DNA from: an uncultured Eubacteriales bacterium
Lineage (GTDB): Bacteria > Bacillota > Clostridia > Christensenellales > Aristaeellaceae
Assembly (NCBI GenBank): GCA_902773515.1
Contig: CACYET010000001.1
Span: 1 to 44,219, forward strand
Reading direction: 5' to 3'
Length of the DNA stretch: 44,219 nt
Position numbers and translations under genes: made by a program. This document shows, in pieces, positions 8,361 through 17,125 of the stretch. Below the pieces are notes generated by a model. The model made no database searches. It was not told the DNA's origin and saw only the letters and a list, made by a program, of their open reading frames with translations. Position 1 is the stretch's first letter. The number at the start of each line of letters is the position of its first letter.

Positions 8361-8495
8361 AAAACTCTGCAGCTTGCACCGCACACTGGAAAGACTTCAC
8401 CGAACCTCCCCCGCCTGAAATCCCCATCGAAAAGAATGATGGAACCGAGTTATCCACCTGATTCACCGCTGCCTCGTAAAGATTTGCCAAAACGC

Positions 8496-8524
8496 TTGAC
8501 AAAGCTCCCCGATTGCGTTATAAT
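8496..8524 (+). promoter_or_regulatory. Consensus promoter for the tRNA pair
   Basis: TTGACA 8496-8501, 17-nt spacer, TATAAT 8519-8524, about 28 nt upstream of the first tRNA. Confidence 0.7.
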
Positions 8525-8552
8525 ATCCCTTGCGTTGATGAAAACGCGCCGT

Positions 8553-8629
<77 letters not shown>

Positions 8630-8665
8630 CCGCCAACCATGAGGAAACTCGTGGTTGGCTTATAT

Positions 8666-8742
8666 GCCGGCGTATCTCAGTTGGCTAGAGAATCCGGTTC
8701 ATACCCGGAGTGTCATTGGTTCGAATCCGATCGCCGGTACCA
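8666..8742 (+). tRNA. tRNA with CAT anticodon (elongator Met, or Ile2 if lysidine-modified)
   Basis: gccggcg...ccggttCATacccgg...GGTTCGAATCC...cgccggtACCA. A standard 7-bp acceptor stem is fully paired. Confidence 0.85.
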
Positions 8743-8744
8743 GC

Positions 8745-8774
8745 GCGCGCCATCCCTGAGGGATGGCGCGCTTT
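8745..8774 (+). terminator. Terminator after the tRNA pair
   Basis: gcgcgccatccc-tga-gggatggcgcgc, a 12-bp stem followed by TTT. Confidence 0.65.
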
Positions 8775-8784
8775 CCTATGTGTT

Positions 8785-9786
8785 TTATCGCAGTTCGCGG
8801 TACAGGCGCATCGCGGCGGCGCAGTCGCGCATGCCCTCGGTGGCGCCGGGGCGGCTGAGCGAGCAGGCGGCCGCGGCGGTGCCCAGCTCGATGGCGTCGC
8901 GCAGGGGCCAGCCCTTCCAGGCGGCGTAGAGCACGCCGGAGCAGAAGGCGTCGCCCGCGCCGACGGAGCCCTGGATGTAGCCCGCGGGCAGCTTCAGGCC
9001 CGGCACCTCCACGTAGCCGTCGTGCTCGTCCAGGCCGAAGCCGCCCTGGGGACAGTGGACGACCGCCCACGTGGACACGCCCATCCGCTTCAGGCAGGAA
9101 AGCGCCTCGGGCAGGTTTTCGCGGATCAGCGCGCCGGAATCGTCCAGCAGGCGAACGCCCGTGGCGGCCTGGGCCTCGGCCTCGTTGATCACGCAGTAGT
9201 CGGCGTACTTCAGCGCCGGGGCCACGATGCGCCGCGCGCGCTCCCCCGCCTCGGTCACCATGTCCACCGACGTGCGGATGCCCCGCTGCTTCGCGGTGTG
9301 CAGAAGCCGCGCCAGCTTGGTGCCGTACTCGGCGTCGGGCGCGTCCAGCGCGTCCAGCAGCAGGATGTAGCCGATGTGCAGAAGGTCCACGTCCAGGCCG
9401 TCCCAGTCGATGTCCGCCTCGCAGAAGTCGGCGCTCGCGCCCTTGCTGTAGTAGAACGAGCGCTGCTTGCTGACCTCGTCGGCCATCACGAGCGTGAACG
9501 ACGTGGTGCCCGCGCGCACGACGCGGCTGAGGTCGATGTTCGAAAACGCGCGCAGGCGCGCAAGCATGTAGTCCCCCGCCTCGTCCTCGCCCACGCGCCC
9601 CAGCGCCGTCAGCGGCAGGTCGGCATCCAGCGCGGCCAGGTCCATGATGTCGTTGCACATGCAGCCGCCCGTGGAGCGGCTCATCTCACCCACGATGTTC
9701 GTCAGCTCGCCCGGCTTCGGGAAGCCCCGGATCGGATAGAGGATGTCCAGCACCGTGGTGCCCGCCACGGCAATGCCCTTCTTCAT
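8785..9786 (-). CDS. PfkB-family carbohydrate kinase (ribokinase-like)
   Basis: MKKGIAVAGTTVLDILY...; C-terminal GAGDAFCSG anion-hole/ATP motif. The ORF-track start at 9813 has no RBS, so the MKK start (9786) is preferred. Confidence 0.85.
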   Translation of the reverse strand: MKKGIAVAGTTVLDILYPIRGFPKPGELTNIVGEMSRSTGGCMCNDIMDLAALDADLPLTALGRVGEDEAGDYMLARLRAFSNIDLSRVVRAGTTSFTLVMADEVSKQRSFYYSKGASADFCEADIDWDGLDVDLLHIGYILLLDALDAPDAEYGTKLARLLHTAKQRGIRTSVDMVTEAGERARRIVAPALKYADYCVINEAEAQAATGVRLLDDSGALIRENLPEALSCLKRMGVSTWAVVHCPQGGFGLDEHDGYVEVPGLKLPAGYIQGSVGAGDAFCSGVLYAAWKGWPLRDAIELGTAAAACSLSRPGATEGMRDCAAAMRLYRELR

Positions 9787-9871
9787 GCGCCTCGCCTCGC
9801 TTTCCGAATCCATTATACATCATTTCGACGGGAAGCGCCAGATAAAATAGCGTGAAATGCGGCAGCCGCTA

Positions 9872-9904
9872 TTCCTGTTCCCTGTTCCCTGTTCCCTCTC
9901 CCCT
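9872..9904. repeat. Heptad tandem repeat (TTCCCTG-type), family C
   Basis: ttcctgttccctgttccctgttccctctcccct with 7-nt period, in the divergent intergenic region. Confidence 0.75.
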
Positions 9905-9992
9905 ATTTCACCTTCCCTTGCTTTACGCCGCGCGACATCTATGCTATAATAGGCGCAACTGTATGATATCATCCCCGAAAGGATTGTTTACC

Positions 9993-11243
9993 ATGGAAAT
10001 GAAGGAACAGAGCAAGCGGCTGGCGATCCTGATCGACGCGGAGAACGTGGTGCCCGCCAGCGCGGACGCGATCTTCGAGCACGCCGCGGCGCTGGGCACC
10101 ATCGTGCGCCGGGAGATCTTCGGCGCGGCGTCGGCGCTGGGCGCGTGGGTGAACCCCGTGCTGAAGTACGCCATCCACCCGAACCTGACCATCAAGGCCG
10201 CCAAGGGCAAGAACAGCTCGGACATCGCGCTGGTGATCGGGGCGATGGACCTGCTGGTGGAGGGCGGCGTGGACACCGTGATCATCGCCTCCAGCGACAG
10301 CGACTTCTCCGCGCTGTCCGTGCGGCTGCGCAACGCCGGCATCGACGTGATCGGCATGGGGTTGGAGAAGTCCAACGACCTGTGGCGCACCGCGTGCTCC
10401 AGCTTCGTGGTGCTCGGCAACGGCAAGGCGGCGTCCAAGAGCGCCGCGAAGGCTGCGACCCCGAAGGCCACGACCCAGAAGGCGGCATCGACCCCGAAGG
10501 CCGCGCCTGCCCAGAAGGCCGCGCCCAAGCCGGAGGCGGCGCCCGCGCCTGCGAAGGCCGAGGGCACCCGGTCCGCCGGCAAGACCGCGAAGGCCGCCGC
10601 GATGACCCACGAGGAGCGCGTGGCGGTGATCGCCGGACAGATCGAGAAGCGGCTGCGCGGCCACGACAAGGTGCAGGTGTCCAACCTGTTCCCGTCGCTG
10701 AACCAGCTGGCGGAGTATCGCGTGGACAAGCAGGACGCGGGCAAGAAGCCCCTGAACTACCTGACCAGCACCTTCGGGGACCTGTTCCACTTCGAGGAGG
10801 CCGCCGACGGCCAGAGCTACGTCTCGCTGAGCGAGGCCGCGCCCGTCGAGGAGACCGCGCCCGTCGAGGAGGCCGCGCCGGTCGAGGAAGCCGCGCCGGT
10901 CGAGGAAGCCGCGCCGGTTGAAGAGGCCGCGCCCGCCGAGGCGAAGCCCGAGAAGAAGTCCTCGCGGTCGCGTCGCCGGTCGTCCCGGGCGAAGGCGGAA
11001 GCGCCCGCCGTGGAACCGGAAGCGCCCGCGCCCGAGGTCGCGGAATCCGAGCCCGCCGCGCCCGACCCGCTGGCGATCCTCGTGTCCGAGGGCATCGCCG
11101 AGGACGTGGCGCAGCAGATCGTGGTCATCTTCACCGAGAGCGCGTCGCTGCGCGAGGCGTACAACAAGCTGCGCTCCTTGTTCGGCAACACCGCCGGCCG
11201 CGACTACTACAACCAGGTGAAGGACATCGCCAGCCGGCAATGA
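9993..11243 (+). CDS. NYN (LabA-like) domain protein with an OST-HTH/LOTUS-like domain and Ala/Pro/Glu low-complexity repeats
   Basis: ATG 9993 after AAAGGA. LAILIDAENV...SSDIALVIGAMDLL...IIASSDSDFSAL is a NYN nuclease fold. A later block VQVSNLFPSLNQ...KKPLNYL is LOTUS-like. Confidence 0.8.
   Translation: MEMKEQSKRLAILIDAENVVPASADAIFEHAAALGTIVRREIFGAASALGAWVNPVLKYAIHPNLTIKAAKGKNSSDIALVIGAMDLLVEGGVDTVIIASSDSDFSALSVRLRNAGIDVIGMGLEKSNDLWRTACSSFVVLGNGKAASKSAAKAATPKATTQKAASTPKAAPAQKAAPKPEAAPAPAKAEGTRSAGKTAKAAAMTHEERVAVIAGQIEKRLRGHDKVQVSNLFPSLNQLAEYRVDKQDAGKKPLNYLTSTFGDLFHFEEAADGQSYVSLSEAAPVEETAPVEEAAPVEEAAPVEEAAPVEEAAPAEAKPEKKSSRSRRRSSRAKAEAPAVEPEAPAPEVAESEPAAPDPLAILVSEGIAEDVAQQIVVIFTESASLREAYNKLRSLFGNTAGRDYYNQVKDIASRQ
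10836..10943 (+). repeat. 18-bp in-frame tandem repeat, six copies (A-A-P-V-E-E)
   Basis: gccgcgcccgtcgaggag units start at 10836, 10854, 10872, 10890, 10908 and 10926 (the last is degenerate). Confidence 0.85.
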
Positions 11244-11252
11244 TTGTCGACG

Positions 11253-11325
11253 TGTGAAATGGGGACGGTTCTCTTTTCACTTTTTCTCATGCAAAAATGT
11301 GAAAAGAGAACCGTCCCCGTTTCAC
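11253..11325. terminator. Very long hairpin (27-bp stem) between convergent genes; bidirectional terminator or palindromic element
   Basis: gtgaaatggggacggttctcttttcac (11253-11279) pairs with gtgaaaagagaaccgtccccgtttcac (11299-11325). There is one G-U position, and T/A runs in the loop. Confidence 0.7.
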
Positions 11326-11327
11326 GT

Positions 11328-12212
11328 CTATCGCTCCCGCCGCTGGCGACGGTAGTCGCCGGGGCTTGCGCCGAACAGCGCCCGGAAGCGGCGGCAGAAG
11401 TAGCCCGCGCTCTGGAAGCCCGTGTCGGCGGCGATGGCGGCGACGCTCTTGTCCGTCTCGCGCAACAGCTGCGCCGCCCGCCGCAGCCGATACTGGATCA
11501 GGTACGCCACGGGCGAAGTGTGGATCCCCTCCCGAAAGATTTGCAGCGCGCTGCTGCCGCTGACGTAGACGGCGGCGGCGATGTCATCCAGCGTGATGGG
11601 CTGGGCGTAGTGCTCGTGGATGAACTGCATCATCACCTGCAGGCGGGGCGAAGGCGCGGCGGATTCCGGCGCCGCGTCCATGTGTTCGTACAACAATTCC
11701 CACAGCTCCAGCAGCAGCCGCACCGTGGTCAGGGCGCTGGGGTCCTCCCCCTCCCACAGGGCAAACACCGCGTTCATCCGCGCCAGCGCCTTCGCCTGCC
11801 AGGGCACGCCCGCATCGAACACCCGGCAGGGGCCGCTGCGTGCCAGCACCGGCCAGATGAAATCCCGGTAGACGAGGCTCTCCTCCCCTGCCAGCAGCGC
11901 CGGGGAGAACACCATGTTCGGCATCACCGCCGGGCCGTCCGCCTCGAAGCGATGCACGGCGCGGCTGTTGACGAACAACCCCTGTCCCGCGCGCAGCGTC
12001 AACCGCTCGCCCGCCACGGCGCACCGCACCTCGCCGCTGCGGGGCGACACAAACTCCACCTCCGGGTGCCAGTGCCAGTCCACCCGGTGCAGGTCGAAGT
12101 CCCACACGTCCTCCAGGTAGTATTGAAAGGGAAAGGCCGCGCTGCCGTGGGCAGCGGTCTCCAGCAGCGTCTCATCGGTGTGGATCTTGGAAAAGCCCCG
12201 GATCGCGTTCAC
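11328..12212 (-). CDS. AraC family transcriptional regulator (cupin sensor plus HTH)
   Basis: GTG start at 12212 after AAGAAGGGGGGAAG. The C-terminal half reads ITLDDIAAAVYVSGSSALQIFRE...AADTGFQSAGYFCRRFRALFGASPGDYR. Confidence 0.85.
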   Translation of the reverse strand: MNAIRGFSKIHTDETLLETAAHGSAAFPFQYYLEDVWDFDLHRVDWHWHPEVEFVSPRSGEVRCAVAGERLTLRAGQGLFVNSRAVHRFEADGPAVMPNMVFSPALLAGEESLVYRDFIWPVLARSGPCRVFDAGVPWQAKALARMNAVFALWEGEDPSALTTVRLLLELWELLYEHMDAAPESAAPSPRLQVMMQFIHEHYAQPITLDDIAAAVYVSGSSALQIFREGIHTSPVAYLIQYRLRRAAQLLRETDKSVAAIAADTGFQSAGYFCRRFRALFGASPGDYRRQRRER

Positions 12213-12348
12213 GCGTCTTCCCCCCTTCTTTTGCGATATTGTACCATACAATGACCGTTCTGTGCAATGACATCGGCACTTTTTTACGATATAATTCAAG
12301 TATTCCGCCGGATGAGCGAGATCGATTTTCCGCAAAGGAAGGACGCCC

Positions 12349-13539
12349 ATGCAAAAGAACTACCGCAAGACGCTGCTCGCGTGCTACCTGGGGTTCATCA
12401 CCCAGGCCATCACGGCGAACTTCGCGCCGCTGCTGTTTTTGAAATTCCACACCGACTACGCCATCCCGCTGGGCAAGATCGCGCTGATCCCCACGGTGTT
12501 CTTCTTCACGCAGCTGATCGTGGACCTGTTCTGTGCCCGGTACGTGGACCGCATCGGCTACCGCCGCGCCGTGATCGCCTCGGAGGTCGCCTCCGCGGCG
12601 GGGCTGGCGGGGCTGGCCGTGCTGCCGGAGCTGCTGGGCGACCCGTTCGCGGGCATCATGATCTGCGTGCTCGTCTACGCCGTGGGCAGCGGGCTGATCG
12701 AGGTGGTCGGCAGCCCGATCGTGGAGGCCTGCCCGTTCGAGAACAAGAGCTCGGTGATGAGCCTGCTGCACTCGTTCTACTGCTGGGGCGTGGTGGGCGT
12801 GGTGCTGCTGTCGACGGCGTTCTTCGCGCTGTTCGGCATCGATCACTGGAAGCTGCTGGCCTGCCTGTGGGCGCTGATCCCCCTGTACAACATCTACAAC
12901 TTCGCCACCTGCCCCATCGAACACCTGGTGGAGGACGGCCAGGGCATGTCGATCCGCCGCCTGTTCCAGGTGCCGGTGTTCTGGATCGCGATCCTGCTGA
13001 TGGTGTGCGCCGGGGCGTCAGAGCTGTCGATGGCCCAGTGGGCGTCGGCGTTCGCGGAGTCGGCGCTGGGGCTCTCCAAGGCCATGGGCGATTTGCTGGG
13101 CCCGTGCCTGTTCGCCATCACGATGGGCATCAGCCGCGTGATCTACGGCAAGTACGGCGACCGGCTGGACCTGGGCGGGACCATGCTGGGCTCGGGACTG
13201 ATGTGCCTGGCCTGCTACCTGCTGGCCTCGATGACGGCCAGCCCCGTCGCCGGGCTGGTCGGGTGCGTGCTGTGCGGCTTCTCGGTGGGCATCATGTGGC
13301 CGGGCACCATCTCGATCTCCTCCCGGCGGCTGCCCCAGGGCGGCACGGCGATGTTCGCGCTGCTGGCGATGGCCGGCGACCTGGGCGGGGCCTTCGGGCC
13401 GAGCCTGGTGGGCTGGACCGCCCAGCAGGCCGGGGACAACCTGCGCGCGGGCCTGCGCGTGGGCTGCGCGTTCCCGGTGCTGCTGGTGGTGGGATTGCTG
13501 GTGATGAAGAAGATGGCGGGGAGAGGGAATAGGGAGTAG
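12349..13539 (+). CDS. MFS transporter (divergent from the AraC gene)
   Basis: 396 aa with about 12 TM helices. Loop 2-3 motif ARYVDRIGYRR. RBS AAAGGAAGGA. Confidence 0.88.
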   Translation: MQKNYRKTLLACYLGFITQAITANFAPLLFLKFHTDYAIPLGKIALIPTVFFFTQLIVDLFCARYVDRIGYRRAVIASEVASAAGLAGLAVLPELLGDPFAGIMICVLVYAVGSGLIEVVGSPIVEACPFENKSSVMSLLHSFYCWGVVGVVLLSTAFFALFGIDHWKLLACLWALIPLYNIYNFATCPIEHLVEDGQGMSIRRLFQVPVFWIAILLMVCAGASELSMAQWASAFAESALGLSKAMGDLLGPCLFAITMGISRVIYGKYGDRLDLGGTMLGSGLMCLACYLLASMTASPVAGLVGCVLCGFSVGIMWPGTISISSRRLPQGGTAMFALLAMAGDLGGAFGPSLVGWTAQQAGDNLRAGLRVGCAFPVLLVVGLLVMKKMAGRGNRE

Positions 13540-13546
13540 GGAGTAG
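13518..13546. repeat. Heptad repeat (GGGAGTA-type), family C, overlapping the last codons and stop of the MFS gene
   Basis: gggagagggaatagggagtagggagtag. Confidence 0.7.
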
Positions 13547-13553
13547 AAATAGT

Positions 13554-13750
13554 GTAGGGGCGGCGATGCGCCGCGGGACGCGGTCCCACCGCCCGCCAAA
13601 AGCCTTCCCCTTTGGGGAAGGTGGCGCGAAGCGCCGAAAGAGGTCCATTTACGTCACGCTTCGCGCCTCTGTTATGATAAAGGCGCTTGGCGATTCGATA
13701 TGAGACCTCTTCCGCCCCCTACGGGGGCACCTTCCCCAGAGGGGAAGGCC
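13554..13750. repeat. GTAGGGGCGGC unit plus a full-length family A palindromic element
   Basis: gtaggggcggcgatgcgccgc...ggtcccaccgcccgcc (13554-13595). Left arm 13596-13645; core containing gataaaggcgct; right arm 13704-13750. Confidence 0.85.
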
Positions 13751-13766
13751 TATTGTGTCTTCTTGT

Positions 13767-15041
13767 TTATCTCTTCATACTGCCCATCCACCGCCACAGG
13801 CTCAACGCGATGCCCGCGACGCCGACGACGGCGAACATCAGCGCGATCCCCGCACCGGCGCCGGCGCCGAAGACCCCGGCGAGCGCGGGCGGCGCGCCGG
13901 CCATCAGCGGCTCGAAAACGCCGTCCGCCAGCGCGCCGCCCAGCAGAAGCCCCAGCGGGATCGCGCCGTTTTGCAGCGTGTCCTTCGCGGCGAACACGCG
14001 CCCCTGCAATTCAAGCGGCACCTGCTCGCGCATGAACGCCGTCAGGTTGGAGTTCATCACCGCCGCCACCAGATAGGTCAACACCGCGGCGGCGCACCAC
14101 ACCCACGGGCGCGGCGACAGCCCGTCGACGACGTCGCCGACGAAGATCAGCGCGCAGGCGGCGTAGACCAGCCGCTCCTTGCGCCGGGCGGGCTTCATCG
14201 CCGTCGCGGCGAGGCCGCCGACGAGCAGCCCGATCGCCACGCAGCTCTGCACCGCGCCCAGCGCCCGCCGGTCGTTGCCGGTGCGCGAGAGCACGAACGG
14301 CGCGAGCATGCCGTCGCCGCCCAGCTTTGCCAGGAAGTTGACCGCGGTCATGAACAGCGTCACGCGCAGCATCGCTGCGTGGCTGCGCAAAAACCGCAGC
14401 CCGTCCAGGCAGCTTCGCAGAAACGGCGTCCCGTCCGCCTCCGCCTGGCGCTCGGGCTTTGGGATGCGGATGAAAAGCAGCAGCGTGACAAAAGCGACGG
14501 CAAAGCTCGCCAGGTCGCAGACAAGCACCGTCGAAAGGCCCCCGACGCCCAGCAGCACGCTGCCCAGCGCGGGCGCGAGGATCGACACCGCCGCGCCGGA
14601 AAAGCCCTGCAGCCCGCCGACGCGCGCATAGTGCTCTTCTGGCACGAGCAGGCTCGTCGCCACGAACGCCGCCGGAGCCTGCACCGCGTTCATCAGGCTG
14701 AGCAGCGCGTTGATCAGGTACAGGTGCCAGACGCGCAGCGCGGACATCTGATGCAGGATCAGCACCGCGAGCGTCCCGCACGCCGCGGCCAGGTCGGCCG
14801 CCAGCATCACGCGCCGCTTGTCCCAGCGGTCCGCCAGCGCGCCGCCCGCGAAGCGGAAGAGTATGGTCGGCAAAAAAGTACAGAGCGTCAGCAGCGTCAC
14901 GCTCGACGCCGTGCCCCTCTGCCCGTACACCCAGATCACGAGGGCGTACTCCGTCATGGCCGTGCCCAGCGCGGACACGGTCTGCGAGGCCCACAGGCGC
15001 AAAAAGCCCTCCAGGCCGTTCAGCATATTCATCTTTTTCAT
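13767..15041 (-). CDS. MFS transporter (EntS/macrolide-efflux-like subfamily)
   Basis: MKKMNMLNGLEGFLRLWASQTVSALGTAMTEYALVIWVY...GGALADRWDKRRVM. RBS AAGGAG. Confidence 0.88.
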   Translation of the reverse strand: MKKMNMLNGLEGFLRLWASQTVSALGTAMTEYALVIWVYGQRGTASSVTLLTLCTFLPTILFRFAGGALADRWDKRRVMLAADLAAACGTLAVLILHQMSALRVWHLYLINALLSLMNAVQAPAAFVATSLLVPEEHYARVGGLQGFSGAAVSILAPALGSVLLGVGGLSTVLVCDLASFAVAFVTLLLFIRIPKPERQAEADGTPFLRSCLDGLRFLRSHAAMLRVTLFMTAVNFLAKLGGDGMLAPFVLSRTGNDRRALGAVQSCVAIGLLVGGLAATAMKPARRKERLVYAACALIFVGDVVDGLSPRPWVWCAAAVLTYLVAAVMNSNLTAFMREQVPLELQGRVFAAKDTLQNGAIPLGLLLGGALADGVFEPLMAGAPPALAGVFGAGAGAGIALMFAVVGVAGIALSLWRWMGSMKR

Positions 15042-15222
15042 GGCCTTGCTCCTTACAAATTGACTGGATTTGCAAGCGCAAAGCCCGGTGCGGACGATGT
15101 CGATTCATGCGTTCGCTCCGCGCGGCCATCGCCCGTCAGGCCTTGCGCGGAGCCTCGCCATCCGCGGACAGCGGCACGTCCAAGCGCCATTTCGCCATCT
15201 GCCCTTCCCCCTTTTTTATATA

Positions 15223-15350
15223 GCAGATTCTTCGACTTCGGCTGCGCCTCCGCTCAGAATGACATGTATTCGCCTCGTTGTCATCCTGAGCGAAGCCTCG
15301 CGCCCAGCGAGGCGAAGTCGTGCCGCAGGCCTGCGAAGCAAAGGATCTTT
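15223..15350. repeat. Family B palindromic element (long variant)
   Basis: gcagattcttcgacttcg...ctcagaatgaca / tgtcatcctgagcgaag...gcaaaggatcttt. Confidence 0.8.
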
Positions 15351-15374
15351 CCTGTTCCCCGTCCCCGTTTCACA

Positions 15375-16178
15375 TTATCGTGTCATTTTCCGTCCCTGGA
15401 GGATCATGGAAAGCGGGAAGCCGCTGTGGTCGAGCGCGCCGAAGCCGCCGCTGATGTCATGGTCGAACTCCTGCAGGCCGGTCACGACGATCCCGTTGTC
15501 GCACATCCCGGAGACGATCTCCGACAGCGGATGGGTGTAGTCCGTAAACGTCTTGGAGCGATACGTCTTCTGCGTCATGTAGAACATGCCTTCATTCCCG
15601 GTCCATTCATGCTCGAAGTAGGAATAGTGGCACGCCGTCCTGTGCTCCGGGTCAAACGGCTCGTCGCCCTCCGTGGCGAGCATGTTCGTGCAGGGATGCT
15701 GTTCGTTGATCACGATGACCGCCCCCGGCTTCATGCACCTTGCGACGACCGCGAAAAAGCGGTCCAGATCGTCGAACCAGCAGAGCGCGCCGATGGTGAT
15801 GAGCGCCACATCCAGCTTCTCCCTGTAGCGGTCGTCGATGTCATAGATATTCACCGCCTCAAACGCGCAGGGCAGACCCAGCTCCCTCGCCTTTTCGTTG
15901 GCAAACGCCACCTGGTTTTCGGCGATGTCAAAGCCGATTCCCTGCCTGGCCCCGCCGCTTTTGACCAGAGAGAGCAGCTCCCGCCCGTTGTTGCAGCAGA
16001 ACTGGCCGATCACAGCGCCCTGCGTCGGGAGCGCTTTCAGCACGCGCTTCGTCTCTTCGTTGAAGAACGGATACTCCTCCGTCCGGACGCGCTCGGCGAT
16101 GTCGGCGCCCCAGGAGGCGTCCCGGTTCTCAAACGCCTCTTCCCATGCCGCCTTGTTTCCCTCGATATACTTTTCCAT
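15375..16178 (-). CDS. Class I SAM-dependent methyltransferase
   Basis: Start MEKYIEGNKAAWEEAF at 16178 after GGGAGG. The ORF-track N-terminal extension overlaps cysK and is Arg/His-rich. Fold motif IGQFCCNNGRELL...GFDI. Confidence 0.8.
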   Translation of the reverse strand: MEKYIEGNKAAWEEAFENRDASWGADIAERVRTEEYPFFNEETKRVLKALPTQGAVIGQFCCNNGRELLSLVKSGGARQGIGFDIAENQVAFANEKARELGLPCAFEAVNIYDIDDRYREKLDVALITIGALCWFDDLDRFFAVVARCMKPGAVIVINEQHPCTNMLATEGDEPFDPEHRTACHYSYFEHEWTGNEGMFYMTQKTYRSKTFTDYTHPLSEIVSGMCDNGIVVTGLQEFDHDISGGFGALDHSGFPLSMILQGRKMTR

Positions 16179-16195
16179 AGAGCCTCCCGTATGCA

Positions 16196-17125
16196 CTATT
16201 CCCCGAACAGCTGCGTGGAGTAGTAGCGCTCGGCGGTATCGGGCAGGACGGTGACGACGGTCTTGCCAGGGCCGAGCTTCTTGGCCAGCTTGAGCGCCGC
16301 GGCGACGTTGGTGCCGCTGGAGATGCCGCACATCAGGCCCTCCTCGCGGGCCAGGCGGCGGGCGGTCTCGATGGCCTCGGTGTCGGTGACGACGTAGATG
16401 TCGTCGTAGATATCCCGGTTCAGGATGTCCGGGATGATGCCGTCGCCGATGCCCATCTGGATGTGGGTGCCGATGGTGCCGCCGGCGAGTATGGCCGCGT
16501 TCTCCGGCTCCACGGCCCAGATCTCGATGTCCGGATACTGCGCCTTGAGCACCTCGCCGATGCCGGTGAGCGTGCCGCCGGTGCCGATGCCGCTGCAATA
16601 GCCGTGGATCGGCCTGGCCACCTGGTGCATGATCTCCAGCGCCGTGTGCTTCTTGTGGGCCAGCGTGTTGTTCGGGTTTTCAAACTGCTGCGGCACGAAC
16701 ACCTTGGGGTTCTTTTCCTTCATCTTCAGCGCGCAGTTCAGGCACTCCTCGATGCACTTGCCGATGTCGCCCGCGTCGTGGATCAGCTTCACGTCCGCGC
16801 CGTAGTGGCGCACCAGCTTGCGGCGCTCCTCGCTGACGGAATCCGGCATGATGATGATCGTGCGATAGCCCTTCACCGCCCCGACCAGCGCAAGGCCGAT
16901 GCCCTGGTTGCCGCTGGTGGGCTCCACGATGATGCTGTCCTTGTCGATCAGGCCCTCTTTCTCCGCCTGCTCGATCATGTTCAGGGCCGTGCGCGTCTTG
17001 ATGGAGCCGCCCACGTTCAGCGCCTCCACCTTCACCAGGATCTCCGCGCTGCCCGGCTCGGGCATGCGGTTCAGCCGCACCATGGGTGTCTGGCCCACGG
17101 CCTCGAGGATATTGTTGCAAATCAA
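16196..17125 (-). CDS. cysK: Cysteine synthase A (O-acetylserine sulfhydrylase)
   Basis: NILEAVGQTPMVRLN, PLP lysine block GGSIKTR, TSGNQGIGLA, GIGTGGTLTG. The TTG at 17125 has GGGGGA 7 nt upstream; the alternative TTG at 17140 has no RBS. Confidence 0.9.
   Translation of the reverse strand: MICNNILEAVGQTPMVRLNRMPEPGSAEILVKVEALNVGGSIKTRTALNMIEQAEKEGLIDKDSIIVEPTSGNQGIGLALVGAVKGYRTIIIMPDSVSEERRKLVRHYGADVKLIHDAGDIGKCIEECLNCALKMKEKNPKVFVPQQFENPNNTLAHKKHTALEIMHQVARPIHGYCSGIGTGGTLTGIGEVLKAQYPDIEIWAVEPENAAILAGGTIGTHIQMGIGDGIIPDILNRDIYDDIYVVTDTEAIETARRLAREEGLMCGISSGTNVAAALKLAKKLGPGKTVVTVLPDTAERYYSTQLFGE

Noticed and set aside
5930-8495. Calling the low-GC islet a mobile element or genomic island
   Set aside because: No integrase, transposase, att-like direct repeats or conjugation genes are visible. 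It is therefore reported only as a compositional anomaly, not annotated as a mobile_element.
9787-9813. Longer start (MDSESEARR...) for the PfkB kinase as in the ORF track
   Set aside because: No purine-rich RBS precedes 9813. The MKKGIAVAG start at 9786 aligns with the usual N-terminus of the family. The uncertainty affects 9 codons only.
13755-16223. 822-aa plus-strand ORF spanning the MFS gene, a repeat element and the methyltransferase gene
   Set aside because: It is antisense to two genes with clear family signatures and runs straight through a palindromic repeat. Its composition is dominated by R/A/H/Q/P, so it is a GC3 artefact.
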